Assembly: GCA_030704615.1 (NCBI GenBank)
Contig: CM060733.1
Span: 2,666,001 to 2,730,000 of the forward strand
Reading direction: 5' to 3'
DNA length: 64,000 bases
DNA from: Takakia lepidozioides
Taxonomy: Eukaryota; Plantae; Bryophyta
Shown in pieces: positions 24,301-37,449 of this stretch (positions within the stretch are counted from its first letter, which is position 1; every line of letters starts with the position of its first letter). Under the pieces are notes generated by a model. The model was not told where the DNA came from and ran no database searches. It saw nothing but the letters and a program-made list of their open reading frames with translations. A program made the position numbers and the translations under genes.

Positions 24301-25621
24301 AATAGCTCGAAGAAGAAGGTGCCCTCACCACATTGTCCTCTACCTTGTGTCATGACCCATTGCGGATTAGACTGACCATGAACCCAAGAAGACCTCTTGT
24401 GCGTGCTGCTTGTATCTCTAGTCAGGTAATGTGGGATTGGTTCGTAAGAACCACCACGGTGCAGCTGAGCGGGCAGAGATTAAAATATGGGTTGCTAAGA
24501 CCAAGCTGATTCCCCCAAGAACCTTGTGATCATCAGGAAGAATACCAAATCATGGTACAAAGGGGAGCCAAGAGCCCACATTTGCACATAATGCGCCCTT
24601 GACGCCATAAACGCTTGCAACAACAGGACATGGGCCTCGATTTGGTCTTCGTCCTTCTCGCATCACTTGTTCGTCTCTCTCTCAAGCCTCCATCCCTCTC
24701 CCAACACTTAGACAAATTCAGGCAAAGGACAAAGTTACTCTTCCACCCTTAGATCATTTTACATCCGACGATTAGAACAATCTCTATGAGCCACACAAGC
24801 CCTAAAATACATTAAAATATTCCACGTCATGAGCCATGTGGAGCACTTATAAAAATTCCATTTTTGAATAGGGTGTGCAATGAATGCCTAGTTGTTAAGA
24901 GTCGTTCTCTAGTGCTTAAAACCACTTGTAATTGCTGTTTTTAAAAAAAAAAACAATTTACGTAATTGAATTAAATCGCCGCGAATATTGTGCCGACTGC
25001 GGAGTCATTGATGCAACTTCTATCCGCCATTAGAAATGTGAATTTATCCGTTACGACTGTGCAGTAGTAACAAACATCTCAAAGTTGTTCCCTCAGTGGT
25101 TTTGGACATGCAGTCGATTCGGAAAAGACACGAATGCTTCTAGTGGGCGGAGACCTTGTGGTGGGAGTCGTGGGGAGTCTTGGGACTCATCACGGTCCAA
25201 TGGAGCCGTGGTGGGTGTGTCGTGCGCATACATATCGCTACACAACTACATCGCTGTCCAAAACCACACAACATATGTGCACACCAAACACTAGTCTATC
25301 ACTAGTCCACCACTAGTGCACCACTAGTCCATCACTAGGCTGCCACTAGCCACCACTAGTGCAGCCACTAGTTCATCGCTAGCCTACCACTAGTCCACCG
25401 CAATGATAAGGAAAGAAATGATACAAGCACACAAGCTCTCTCAAACTCACATACTTGCACATGAAAACATCACTCATATATTAAGTCGAGCCAAGTGCAC
25501 CCCACGCCATGGGGAATCCACACTACGGCGCCATAGCTAGACGCGGTGAGGCTCAACTCGAGAAAGATGAGCCCACCGCGATCTGCCGTGAAGATAACAA
25601 CGCCAGATGCCCAAACATGTA

Positions 25622-27515
25622 TTAGCATGGCGCACATTTACGCACATGGTCCTTCCATACCATGCCATCTCGACCCTCCAGAATCAACACTCCTGAAGGC
25701 AACACCTCCCTGACCCTTAGAATCACACGTCTTGCTGTGACATCCAAGGTCATAGGCGTTGTCTGCAGATACACATAGTCCCCAGGGTGGAAACGCCAAA
25801 CACCTGGCCGATATCCCCCTCCACGTATAGTGACATACCTCAATGTGTCTCGGTGTTGGGCAATAGCAAGATTCTCAAAAGCCATAGGCATGACTCTCTT
25901 GAACAACTCTGCCTGCTAGGCACATGCTTGTGTCCACACATCCGGATCATCAAGGTTGAGGACTACTACAGCCTCCCTGCAAATAGATGCAGGCAAATCC
26001 GGCTCTCGGCCAAAGAGAAGGAAATATGGTGAGAAAGAGACAAGTGATGCTTGCTTGCTGTACCTGTAGCCCATGGCTAACCAAGGTATCTGAAGATCCC
26101 AATCTCCTAGGTGTCCCTTTTGCAAGCCATACTTGCACAAACCCCTCTTCACTGTCTGAACCACTCTCTTTGCCAAGCCATCGGCCTCAGGATGATCCCG
26201 AGAAGTGGTATGGTGGTCTATCAAGGCTTTATCACACAAAGCCTAAAACTCCCCCAAAAACTCTCTCCCTTGGTCCGTGAGTACCTCAGCTAGAGCACCG
26301 AATCGGCTAAGCACACGATCCAGGAATGCATACGCAGCCCCCTCACTAGCTTTGTCAGGCAATGGAACCAACTCAATCCACTTGGAGAAGTGCTCCACCA
26401 TCACCAACACATATCTGTGGTGGCGCACCGTCAGTGGCAACGGCCCTGCGAAGTCAAGACTCCACCTGTAGCCCAATCCCATGATGGGTAATGGATGCAA
26501 CTGTTGCATAGGGGCGTTGAATGAATCACGCACCCTGTCACACTCCATGCACCTAGCCACGAACTGTTGCACCTCTGTGTGCATACCACGCCACCAATAC
26601 TGCCCATGCAGTAAACTATGAGTGCGTCGCACTCCAAAATGCCCCAACTCCTCATGGGCATGCCGCACTAACCGGTGAAGCACGATCCTCACCCGACCAT
26701 CCTCCCACACTCAAAGCAGGTGTATCCCCTCCCACTTGAACCTCTTGGCTCATTGCAGGATCCGATCCCTCTCCTTGGCAGTCACACTAGCTGCCGTGTC
26801 TCCAGTGCGGAGGTAGTTCAACACAACCGAATCCTCATGTATATCTCTGGCACCACCTGGCTCATCACTAACCTCAGGGTCCTCAGACACTCCGTCTATA
26901 GTCATCCCTGTTGTAGGTCCAACCTGACCTCCCGATGCCAAGATACACAAAAAGGCAGATGCATGCCATCTCGACACCATCTCCTCGTCCGTCTCACCAT
27001 GCCAAGTGTCATCTTGCTGGCTCGTGCATGGATTGCGACTCAATCCATCCGCATCCCTATTGACCAAACCCGGTCGATGCACAACTTGAAAGTCATACTC
27101 TTGGAGTATAACCGCCCACCGTGCAAGCTTCCCCGTAAGCTTGTCTGACTCCATCATCCACTTGAGTGGCTGGTGATCTGTGATAAGAGTGAAAAGATTG
27201 TCGTATAGATAGCACCTGAAGTGTGCCACGGCCTACACTGTAGCTAAGCACTCCCCCTCATATGAGCTATACTTAGACTCTGGAGCATTGTTCGAGCGTA
27301 GCATAAGCCACTACGAACTCTCTTCCCTCATCATCCACCTGTGTGAGCACTGCTCTAAGCCCCAGCATGCTCCAATCTGTATGCAGCTGAAAAGGGACGC
27401 CGCCTGATAGGTCGTCTCAAGATCGGCGCCGAGGTCAACCTCGCCTTGAGCTCCTGAAAAGCTCGCTCCTGCTCATCTTCCCACTGCCACTCCTGGTCTA
27501 CCTTGGTCAGTTTGG
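25622..27515 (-). pseudogene. RNase H + integrase of copy 2
   Basis: TDHQPL, HEELGH..CMEC, WSLDFAGP, LTDQGREF; closely similar to copy 1. Confidence 0.9.
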
Positions 27516-28523
27516 TTAGAGCCTTTGCACACTAAATCCCTTGACAAACCATCTATAGTAGTTTGCCAACCCCATGAAAGCTCGAACTCGGCTCACATCC
27601 GTGGGACTTGGAATCTGTGCGATGGCCTCTACCTTAGTCTGCTGCACCCCCAATCCTCCAGGATATATCATGTGGCCCAGATACTCAATCTGGTTGAAGA
27701 ACTTGCACTTCCCCGGATGTAATTTCAATCCGTGCGCTCTCAAGCGCTCAATCACCACCTGAAGGTGTCTCTCGTGCTCCTCCACCGTAACACTAAAGAT
27801 GATGATGTCATCTATGTAGCACCGAGCAAAGTTTACCCCTACTAGAATCCTAACCATAACTCTCTGGAACTCTGCAGGAGCGTTCTTAAGCCCGAATGGT
27901 AAGAACCGCCACTGATATAGGCAATCCTTGTTGTGCTCATTGATCCCCCAAAATGTCGTCTTCTGCTTGTCCGCCTCCTTGATCGGCAACTGGTGATATC
28001 CGGACCGTAAGTCCAAAGTGCTAAAGACCATGGCATGCCCAATGGCATCAAAGATCTCCTCCGGTGTGGGCATGGCATATTTATCGGACTTGGTCTGACG
28101 ATTTACAGGCCGGTAATCACCGCACATACGTCTCTCCGTCCAATTGCCATAGACATCCTTCTTGGCTGGCATCACCGTGGCTGAAGCATACTCTCCACCA
28201 GAGAGCTCCACCAAACCAGCCTCCCAGAGATCTTGAGTCCTCATCTGAATCAAAGACCTCTCCATGTCACTGTATCTGTAGGGTCTCCGAAAGATTGGCG
28301 TGTCCGTGGCCAACTCAATATGAATCTCATGACCCTTCAGTGCTCCCAAATCCTTCAAACTGAAGGCAAAGCAATTCCTGTAAGCTCTCAGGAACCGCCG
28401 TATACGTCGTCTCTCTCCTCTAGTGACAATGGGTCCAATGTCAGGCTCCCAATTGCATAACTGCAACCTTAAGTCCAGCAGACGTAGAGGTAGAGGACGG
28501 GTCCCGTGGTTGCTATGCCGCAA
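27516..28523 (-). CDS. Reverse transcriptase domain of copy 2 (open 335-aa segment of disrupted pol)
   Basis: RMCGDYRPVN, FSTLDLRSGYHQ, LPFGLKNAPAEFQR, CYIDDII, YLGH. Confidence 0.9.
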   Translation of the reverse strand: MRHSNHGTRPLPLRLLDLRLQLCNWEPDIGPIVTRGERRRIRRFLRAYRNCFAFSLKDLGALKGHEIHIELATDTPIFRRPYRYSDMERSLIQMRTQDLWEAGLVELSGGEYASATVMPAKKDVYGNWTERRMCGDYRPVNRQTKSDKYAMPTPEEIFDAIGHAMVFSTLDLRSGYHQLPIKEADKQKTTFWGINEHNKDCLYQWRFLPFGLKNAPAEFQRVMVRILVGVNFARCYIDDIIIFSVTVEEHERHLQVVIERLRAHGLKLHPGKCKFFNQIEYLGHMIYPGGLGVQQTKVEAIAQIPSPTDVSRVRAFMGLANYYRWFVKGFSVQRL

Positions 28524-28779
28524 TCTCTTGAGCAGTACTCCCTGCCTGCTCAGTCAATGACAAGGCCTTCTCCTGCCCCATCATCTCATCCTTGAGGACC
28601 TCCCAACCTCATCCATCACAGCCGCCTTGGCTGCCAATTCCATCTGAACCTCGAGCACCTCCCACGTGAGCCATAGATGTCTACACCCCGTGGTCATTAT
28701 TGGCTCGCCCCCACTCACTGCCTGTACTGTCTCGATAGGTAGAGAGACCGTCAAGGGAAGTGCACTCTGCACTCTACGT

Positions 28780-29750
28780 TGCTCAGCCATAGCCAAGTTG
28801 ATAATCCAGGTCAAGCAATTGAGATCCATCGCTGCCCCCAACACCTGACGACGTGATGCCTCAGAAAGAGAAGGCACCGCCGTGGTCCCAATGGAAAAAC
28901 CCATAGCCCGCTCTCGCTCGTCGGCATTAGGCTCCACTAATTGCTGCAACTGAGCATCCCACAGGAGGCCAGGTCCACTATCCCGGAAAGCATGCGATCC
29001 TGGGAAGCTGAGCAATGTAGGTACTGCTGCTCGTGGTTGACCCACCTTGTTGACCATTGCCAAAGGCGAACGGTCATCGTGTCTCACACGCTGAGACTGC
29101 CTCCCTGTGTCCAAAATGCTATCCACTGTGAGGTGTGCTGGCCGCTACACCCCATCAAATGCACGCTTGAGCAGTGCGGGTGACATCAAGTTAGTCCACC
29201 ATAGCCGTGGACGATGAGCCCGTGACCCCACTGTAGCTGCATCCAGCAACACTGCTGACCCAAGCCATGACCAGGCTTGGTGCACACTGGCCATCACCCT
29301 GGCCCGAGAATTGCCCATCAGTGGCACATTTTCCAAGATGTATGCTGGAGATACAACTTGATGAAGCTGTAAGTGGCGCAAAACCCACACCATCTCCCAA
29401 AATAGACCCGACCTCGAGTCTCGCAATCCATTGCCATGCCCGGCTGATGAATGCCCTTGGCAGGGCCAACCTGCCACTACCAAATCAATGGAGCCAACCC
29501 GCTCCAAATCCGCGCCCCCAACAAAGAGATGTCTGCTGACAAGGCCTGTTGATATCCACGAACCGTAGATACCGGCAACAACTCAGGGTACTGCTACACC
29601 AACTGAGCAACATGACGGAGTGAGACGCGTCGTGAGTCTCATCCCTCTCCACATACAAGTAACGTCGTACTCGTACACCTGCCTGTAGAACAGCAGCCAA
29701 CCCGGTGCTGATCCCGCCAAACAAGTCTAGAAGGCAAATGCCTTCATCGG
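28780..29750 (-). pseudogene. DNMT3-like C5-methyltransferase domain of copy 2
   Basis: LLDLFGGISTG, VAGWPCQGHS, YILENV, AHRPRLWWTN, ERERAMGF, RRQVLGAAMD. Confidence 0.92.
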
Positions 29751-30002
29751 GACACAGCCACACGATCGGTGTGGTGTCCGGTGGTGACAATTGAGGTGGT
29801 CCTGGTGCAATCCCCGCACTGTCCTCCTCTCCTGACGGTACAAAAGCCTCTATCCAGGCTTGTTGCACACGGGAGTAATCCCCTTTGTTAAAACGCAACA
29901 GGGAGGCAATTCCGACTTTTTTGCCGGATCAGCTAGCTTAGAACCGTTGTTCTTCAGAGCCCAGCCTCCCCATCAAGGTCCCACGAAACGAGTGAAAAAA
30001 GA

Positions 30003-30033
<31 letters not shown>

Positions 30034-31477
30034 CACTCTGCCTGTTCGCGGCCTTCCGTGGCTCCAACCGCCACGACTCCTCACGGCCCGCCCTTGGCGT
30101 TTGTTGGACACGGGCTGCCCAGTGATACCCCGTGGTACCACTCCCACGAGCCTTCACGGCCCGCCATCCCCACGATCTAGTCACCGTACCCACCCGTTGT
30201 GTCCGCACCACGACTTCCAACGGTCACGGTCAACCATCACGACCTGGGCTCATGGTATCTCGTGATACTGCCCCAACGGTCCATCACGACCACTATTCCC
30301 TACATTCCCTGGAACTCCCAACGAGTTCCCATGCGTTCCCGAGCTCTCCCCGAGCTGGGGTTTGCTCCTGCACCTGCTGCCGCTGAGCTATGGCTTCTGT
30401 GGAGCCATCAGCCCCGTCGCCCTCCACTCCTGAGCTCTCACGGCCCACTAGAAGTGCCTCCAACTCAACAAGCAAGCTATATGTTGCCCAACAAGCTCCT
30501 TTTTCTTCATGAAGCTCATAAAAATGAATCTGAAAATACACACATTTACAAGCTTGGTGCACCTGCACTTCTCATGCATATCCCCTGGCTCTAGGGCGCC
30601 TCGTTGTTGCCCTTCCAGCCCCACTCTTGCCACTCCAAGAGCCCTTACACTGCTGAGTTTCAGATTGAAACTCCAACTCAGCACATGCTTCACAAGTGCA
30701 CTGATTTGCACACAAGAGGGAGGTTTGCTATTTCATGAGCATGAGCGGCATGAGCGGCATGAGCAGAGTAGTAACACAATCGGTTTTCATGAGCAGAAGT
30801 ACAAATTTCGAAAATAAAAAACAATAAAAAACAATAATTTAATGCAATGTGTCAGGAAAAACAAATATATTATTCGGCCCCTTGAAGGGAAAATTGCACT
30901 TTTGACAGTTGTGCTCATGATATTTCGTCTTCCGCTCATGCCAATTCCCAGCGACATGTGCAAATATGGCGCCGAATTTCGCGGTAATAGGGTCCGTAAC
31001 CTGAAAAAACGGCGACGTATTCGCGGCAATAGGTCTCTCTGGCGAAAAATGGTGCCGAATTCCGCGGCTATAGGTCCCCTCATGACAGGTAATTCGGCGC
31101 CATTTTTCCAGTGCATGTTCGGACTTAGCCAGTTTTCGGCCCAAAAAAGAGAAATTCGGCGCCATTTTTCCAGACACGGTACCAGTGCATGTTGGGACTT
31201 AGCCAGTTTTCGGCCCCAAAAGAGAAATTCGGCGCCATTTTCCCAAACACAGGTACCAGTGCATGTTGGGACTTAGCGAGTTTTCGGCCCCAAAAAGAGA
31301 AATTCGGCGCCATTTTTCCAGAAATGGCCCCACAACTGCTTCTGTTGGATCTCAGTTTGAATGGAATATTGCCTCATTCCAGGAGTTTTGGGGTGCATTT
31401 CATTACACTGCAAAAAAAAAGTCTGATACAGCAAAATGCATTTGAAAATATCCATATGGAGGATTCCGTTTGCCCCA

Positions 31478-34400
31478 TCAATGATTTCTGGAATCCCTAA
31501 GGAGGAGTTTGTGCAGCTCGTTCACGCTCAACGCCGGTGCATGAATAAAGTCATCAATAGTCACGTTCATCCTCAACCTCTTCAGGTAAATGTAATACAG
31601 ATGCTTGCACGGATAATACTTCGAACCCTTCTTTGCTTCCATCAACGAGAAGTCCGTACAGTTGCAAGTCGGCTCCACTCCAATCGTAATTGTGTATACA
31701 TCGTCGCGTACAGCCGAGCCGGCCGTTGCCATCCGATACACACGCCCAAGGCCGGGTGGGGGTACGTCCACGGAGCTCTGAATAGTGCAAGCCATCCCAA
31801 GAGCATTGGCAATCCGAGTCTCATTCAACTTGTTGGGAGGGTGTCGTCTCTTCACTCTTCCGAATCGCATTGTGGGATGTGCAGAATTGTCCAATCCGTC
31901 TCTACTGGACCGAGCAGTCTGCAATGGCTGGGTCTGAGGAACCGGAAATGCGTGGGCCGGGATGTCTGTGCGTTGCACCATTCGAAATCCTGCTGCAGAT
32001 AGAGCATCCGCCTCATTCTGAGAGAGGCTGCAACCCGGTGCAACAGGCCAGACGCCCGGAGGCTCCGGCATTCCCTGAATCCCGTACTTGGGCTTGCCAA
32101 ATACACAGGTCATTATGTCGTGCCTACAGAACCAAAATGTCTGCGTTGTGGCGTGAGCAAATGTGGGAGTCAAAAATCTGCCGCTGAAACAAGGTGCAGG
32201 TACAGCACCGTGTGGGTTCCTCCGAATCATCTCACCACAGCGTGCTCTCGTATCCACCCGGATGGCGCAACACTTCCCTCGAAATGCCGGCAATGTCCTC
32301 GCAATTCTCCACTGTGACTCCGACACTCTTGTCTCCACAATGGGAATGTTGTATTGCTTTACTACAGATGGCTCGTTATGTTGCCGGGGCACGCGCCCTG
32401 TGCTCAAAGGAGATGGCGATCTTGAACGTGCAGGACTTCCGGTGCTCGACGAGACCTCCTCGGACAACATCACCGGACCACGAGGGAGCGTGCGAATATT
32501 CTTGTCAGCTCGCCATGAATCCTCTTCTCCGCCAGGTGCCTCGTCAAGTCTTCGTCTCACTGGACGGGTATGAACATCTCCTTCCAAATGTTGGCCTCTT
32601 CGCAGCAATGGCGTGTCCCGAAGGCCCTCTCGCAAGGCCGCCGCCCACTTCCGAGGATTCTTCGATCTGGAGGCAGTCCGCATCAGCATTTCCTGCCTGT
32701 CCGGCCCCAAGCCCCACTGTTTCCCTTTCAAGAACTCGTTGTACCTGCATTGCTGCATAATTGACCTCACAATGTCCTCCGTTGTGGCAGTGAGGATGTC
32801 CACCAGATGCGCCGCAGAGGAGGCACGCCAGGAAGAGTGCACTGATTCGGCCATGTTTGTCGTGGGCATGTCGGTGTCGGAGTCGAGACACATTTCCTGC
32901 ACAAGCACATGTTGAGGTTACAAGCAAGTTACAAATATGGCCAAGAATAATATCCAACGGGACGCGTGCAACTCACCTCCCGCATATAGTCGCCGAACTG
33001 GAGGAAACGATAATGCCACCATGCTAGCCAACTGACCATTGCTCCTTCGTCTGATTTCCTTACAGCACCTGACGATGTCCACCAAGCCCGTATGCATGCA
33101 AACTGTGTCTCTGCATCATCCAAGGTGGGAGCGCGCTTCCACGCAAGGCACATGGAACGGTGCTCCTCTCTGAAATCTGGCGCCACGAGCCTGGTTGTGT
33201 ACTGCGAAAGGCTCTGCAGAAAATGGAACCCACAAGATCTCTCCTTGCCTTCCATGGGAACATTGGGGTCTTGCCCGTACACCCTTCGGATGGCAGCCCA
33301 ATTTGCTTGTGCGTTGTCCGCCATGAAACCACGGAAATTGGGAGGGGGCAATCCCGCCTTGGCCATCTGTTCGTTTATTCCCTGCCAAAGAAGCATCTCC
33401 GATTGTGTGTCCTCTCCTTTCATCTCACAAATAGCAATTGTCATTAGCATCCTGCAGTGGGTGTCGTAGACATGTGCACCCATTGTCACCCACTGGTGAT
33501 TTGTAATTCGCTTGATATGGTCGAACATGACCCAACTGTTTGACAAGTTCCCACTCGTCATCCTGTCGACCAGTTCGACGCCACTGCCAGGTCCACACGT
33601 GGACATTTTGAATACGAAACAACGATCTGCCTCAGTCCCTTGTCCTGGAAACCTACTTCCATGAATGTAGTCATATCCACATCGTCGCTTCACCTCCAGA
33701 ATGGAGTGCATATCCGAGCCACGCCCAATTTTCTGTTTGCATGAGACAATGTGGTTTCGGACATTCGGTGAACATACGTGGGACACCGACTCCAGCAATG
33801 CCTCCATTTCCTTCTCGTCGAGAGGAACTCTATCGGAGCCGTCTTCCGACATAATTCTGGCCAATGCCATCTTATGGGCGGCTTGGAGCTGTATCTGTTT
33901 GGGTTTGGCACCCGGTCTCAACTTAACCTCCTCCTGAACGAGCTGCTCTGCTTCGTGGGCAGCCTCCCGCGAGTTCCCCCTCGCCAATTTGTGACAATGG
34001 GAACCAACGTGTATGCAAGCTCGGGTGAGGTCAGGGAAACGGTGCAACACATAGAACTGCTTGGCATTACAAACAGACATGCAGTGTGGTGGTTCTTTGC
34101 AATGCGCACACTTAAATGTGGAGTTCGGAACCTTCTCCTGAGCTCGAAATGGTTGGTGAGCTGTGCCTGTCCAATCGGTCTCGTTCCTGTGACCTCTGGA
34201 TTTAAAGTGGAAGCAAGTTGGGGAGAAACACCGCAACGCGCCCGCACAAACAACGTAGCGCACCCGCACACCATCAAGCATCTTCATGCTGGTGGTTTTG
34301 GTAACGCACCAAGGATGACCGTCATTTTCTATCCATATCTGTCAACATTCCGGACGCCCTCGAGTAGTCCGCCCGAGGAGGGAACTCAAAGAAGATATTA

Positions 34401-35062
34401 CCGTCGACGTCGGCGGGAAGGCATGTAACCGATTTAATTGCGAACTTGCTGTAGTCCAGCCCGGCCAGCTCCGACCGGTGTCCCTCCAGGTGAAGCCCTC
34501 GCAGAATTTCTAGAATAGATCGAACTGCGGTGCTCGTGCTGGGAATATGACTCCCTCCTCCACTGACGTCCATTGAGGACTTGCCTGATCTCCAGGACGA
34601 CCTCGGAACTTCCATGACCTCGTCTGAGTCGGACAGGTTGTGAACAACCCGGTTCTCGGTCGTCTTCATGGATGGGTTCGGCTCTGGATTTACTTCGTTG
34701 CGGACTTCTCTCTTTGAGGTACCCACTCTCTGATTCGCGGATTGTTTCGTGGAAGGCGCCAGGATAGACGGTGCATTTGGCGGGCAAATGAAGTCCCCAA
34801 CAGCCCTGTATATGACGCTGTCCGATGGTGGAACTCGCCATTCCCTGCCATCGCCGAAATCATCGTGGAGCACAACAATACTCTCGACAACAAGGCCGTT
34901 TGAGTCCTTCCTTTCCTCCTCCAAAAAAACCGACCCCGGTTTCAGGTGGTATCGAACGCACAGATATTTCTCCATCACCCGGCAGGTGTCCCCTCTGCAC
35001 GGAAATGAAGCTCTATGCTCGTGAGGAGGGCAGTACACTGTAGCGCTCGGGTTTTCCGCCAT
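31478..35062 (-). CDS. MULE transposase with GCM-like zinc finger, DDE core and C-terminal SWIM (2 exons; one frameshift near 34320)
   Basis: VRYVVCAGALRC..CAHC..HVGSHCH (GCM/WRKY-like); WVMFD, FMADNA, CGFH, TTNMAESVH; CNC..YPCKH (SWIM). Intron ~32898-32976 (GT..AG). Confidence 0.88.
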
Positions 35063-35369
35063 GGGAGATGTGCACACAAGACTGCCAGGATGGCGTGCGG
35101 GGAAGCTCCCTGGTAGAAGGGGGGGTGCAGCGATGGGAATGAATGCGATGCCGATTTGTCCGAGCGACGAAGCCTGATCCAAATCCAGGGAGCCAACTAT
35201 CTCAAAAATCCACAGTCAGAGTGTTAATGAACCTTGTCTCCGGAATGCGGCCCCTGGTCTTTGCGCAATAACTGCCAACGGTATGCAGTCAGAAAGTGGG
35301 GGGCCGTCCGGATGATGACGGCTGAAGGGGAGAAGCCGGCACCGTGCCGTCACATTACTACCCCCGAAT

Positions 35370-36660
35370 GGAAATTCGGCACCCAATATCCAACAGAGGA
35401 AGCCCGGATGAAGTCGCCTCGGGCGCAGAGGCCGGAGTGTGTGCGACAGAGAACATCCCCTGGATGGAGATTCGGCGCCGAATTTCCATCCGGGCCCCCC
35501 AAAGGGAGTCGTGTCGGGGGGTCAGGCCGAAAACTGGACGGCATAAAAACATCCCCAGATGGAAAAACGGCGCCGAATTTCCATCCGGGGCGGTTCGGAT
35601 GCAGTCGGGGAGGGGGGAGTGGCCTGCACTGGCCGTCACATTTCAACCCCGGACGGAAATTCGGCACCGAATATCGAACAGGGGACGCCCGGATGAAGTC
35701 GCCTCGGGCGCAGAGGCCGGCGAGTGTGCGACAGAGAACATCCCCTGGACGGAGATTCGGCCGAATTTCCATCCGGGCCCCCCCAAAGGAAGTCTTGTCG
35801 GGGGGTCAGACCGAAAACTGGCCGACATAAAAACCTCCACAGATGGGAAAACGGCCGAATTTCAATTCGGGGCCGTTCCAATGCAGTCGGGAGAGGTCCT
35901 GAGGACGGAAATTCGGCACCGAATATCCAACAGAGCGGCGGAGAGGCGGCACCTCTCCGACAGAGACCATCCCGGATGGGAATTCGGCGCCGAATTTCCA
36001 TCCATTGGATGGAGATTCGCGCCGAATTTCCATCCTGCAGTAAGAATCCATTCGGCGCCGAATTTCCATAGCAGGTAAGAATCCGGCGCCGCAGCGTCGG
36101 ATCGGTGCCGTATGGATATTCGGCGGAATTTCCATTCGCCATGTATATTACAGGGCACATTACAGGTAATTTCCACAGGTAATTTGGCCCTGGGAATTAC
36201 CTGCACGAAGGTAAAGAAATACCGAATGGAAATTTCCATGCGCCGGAAATTCGGCGCGAATTCCCCGCCCTACCTGGCTGATGGAAATTTGTCGCCGATT
36301 TCCATCGCGCGCTTCCGAATTACCTGGCGTGAGGGAATTTCCGGCGCCGCCCCTACCTGGATGGATGAAATCTTCGCCTGATTTCCATCCGCGGCTCTTC
36401 CGAATTACCTGCGTGAGGGAAATTTCCGGCGCCGCCCTAATCCTGGGTGGATGGAAATTCGTCGCCGGATTTCCTTCCGCGCGCTCTTCCGATACCTGCG
36501 TGAGGTAAATTTCCAGCGCGCCCTTCCTCCGCGGATGGAAATTCGGCGGCGATATCCATCCTGCTGCGCTCCCGAATCCCTGCAGGATGGAAATCCGGCG
36601 CCGGAATTCCATCGTGGCAGCGCTCCGAATTACCTCTACGTTGGAAATTTCGGACTGTTT
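35370..36660. repeat. Intergenic array of GGAAATTCGGCGCCGAATTTCC-type palindromes (MULE copy 1)
   Basis: Many direct and inverted copies between the two divergent genes. Confidence 0.9.
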
Positions 36661-37449
36661 ACGTCGATTTTCATCACATGAGGGCTTCATTCGACATTTA
36701 ATTACGCAGTTGGCAATAAATGTCGACGGCCGTCGGTTATTATTCGGGCTGGCGACGCATGGCTTCCTGGACACGTACCCTAATCTCATGCTAAATTGGG
36801 CTTAACATGGTATTCCCAGGCATGTCCCCCAAAAAATGAGATCTTTTTGGCTGGGACTTATGCCGCCTGAAGGGCGTGGCTCTCCTGAGAGAGACCTCAC
36901 ATCCAGACCGCGGCGGAAGTTGAAAGCTCTGTACTACGGACGACGGCCAATCTCTCACACGGCCAAACTGAAGCTCCAGCAGGAGATTCCTCCATGTCTT
37001 GCTCACAACCTGCCCCAACTGAAGCCGAGTACTCTCAGGCAAGCCACTTCTGCTTTCGGTTTGTTCGTTTATTTTTTGCTTTCGCTTTTTACCCTCGCTT
37101 TGTTTTTGCATCTTCATCCTGGCTTGCTGTATGAGTGAACTTTAGATAGTTGAGTGAACCTTAGATTGTTTGCAATGCGTGTGCAAATCCGGCAGCTCTG
37201 GAGAAGGCTGCTTGTGCATGTCATTCTTAGGCAATGGTTGCATTTGTTTTCATTGTTGTTGCATGGCTCTCCATACTTCCTAAACTTGTTATGTTTTCAT
37301 TTTTACTACATGATTGTTGCTATGGTGGTTGCGCTGCTCGTTGCGATGCTGCTTTTTGCACCGATGTTGGTTTTCACGATTTTTGTCAATGACAGAGTGA
37401 CGACGAGCCCGGCACGCTGGTGGTATCATCGACAGCTCCAACTCATCGC

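Larger units (their letters stand above)
18738..25145. mobile_element. Non-autonomous Pack-CACTA element, copy 1, carrying PPR fragments
   Basis: TIRs (A)ACTAGAAGCATTCGTGTC ... GACACGAATGCTTCTAGTG. 3-bp TSD GGC; the empty site is visible at ~63670-63685. No transposase was recognised. Confidence 0.88.

Noticed and set aside
20664-24353. Functional PPR gene
   Set aside because: The sequence is fragmented and frameshifted, has no E/DYW end, and lies within CACTA TIRs.
35234-36805. Numerous ORFs (MEIRRRISI...) here and at 53954-56103, and satellite ORFs at 5454-6065
   Set aside because: They are translation artefacts of stop-poor tandem or palindromic repeats.
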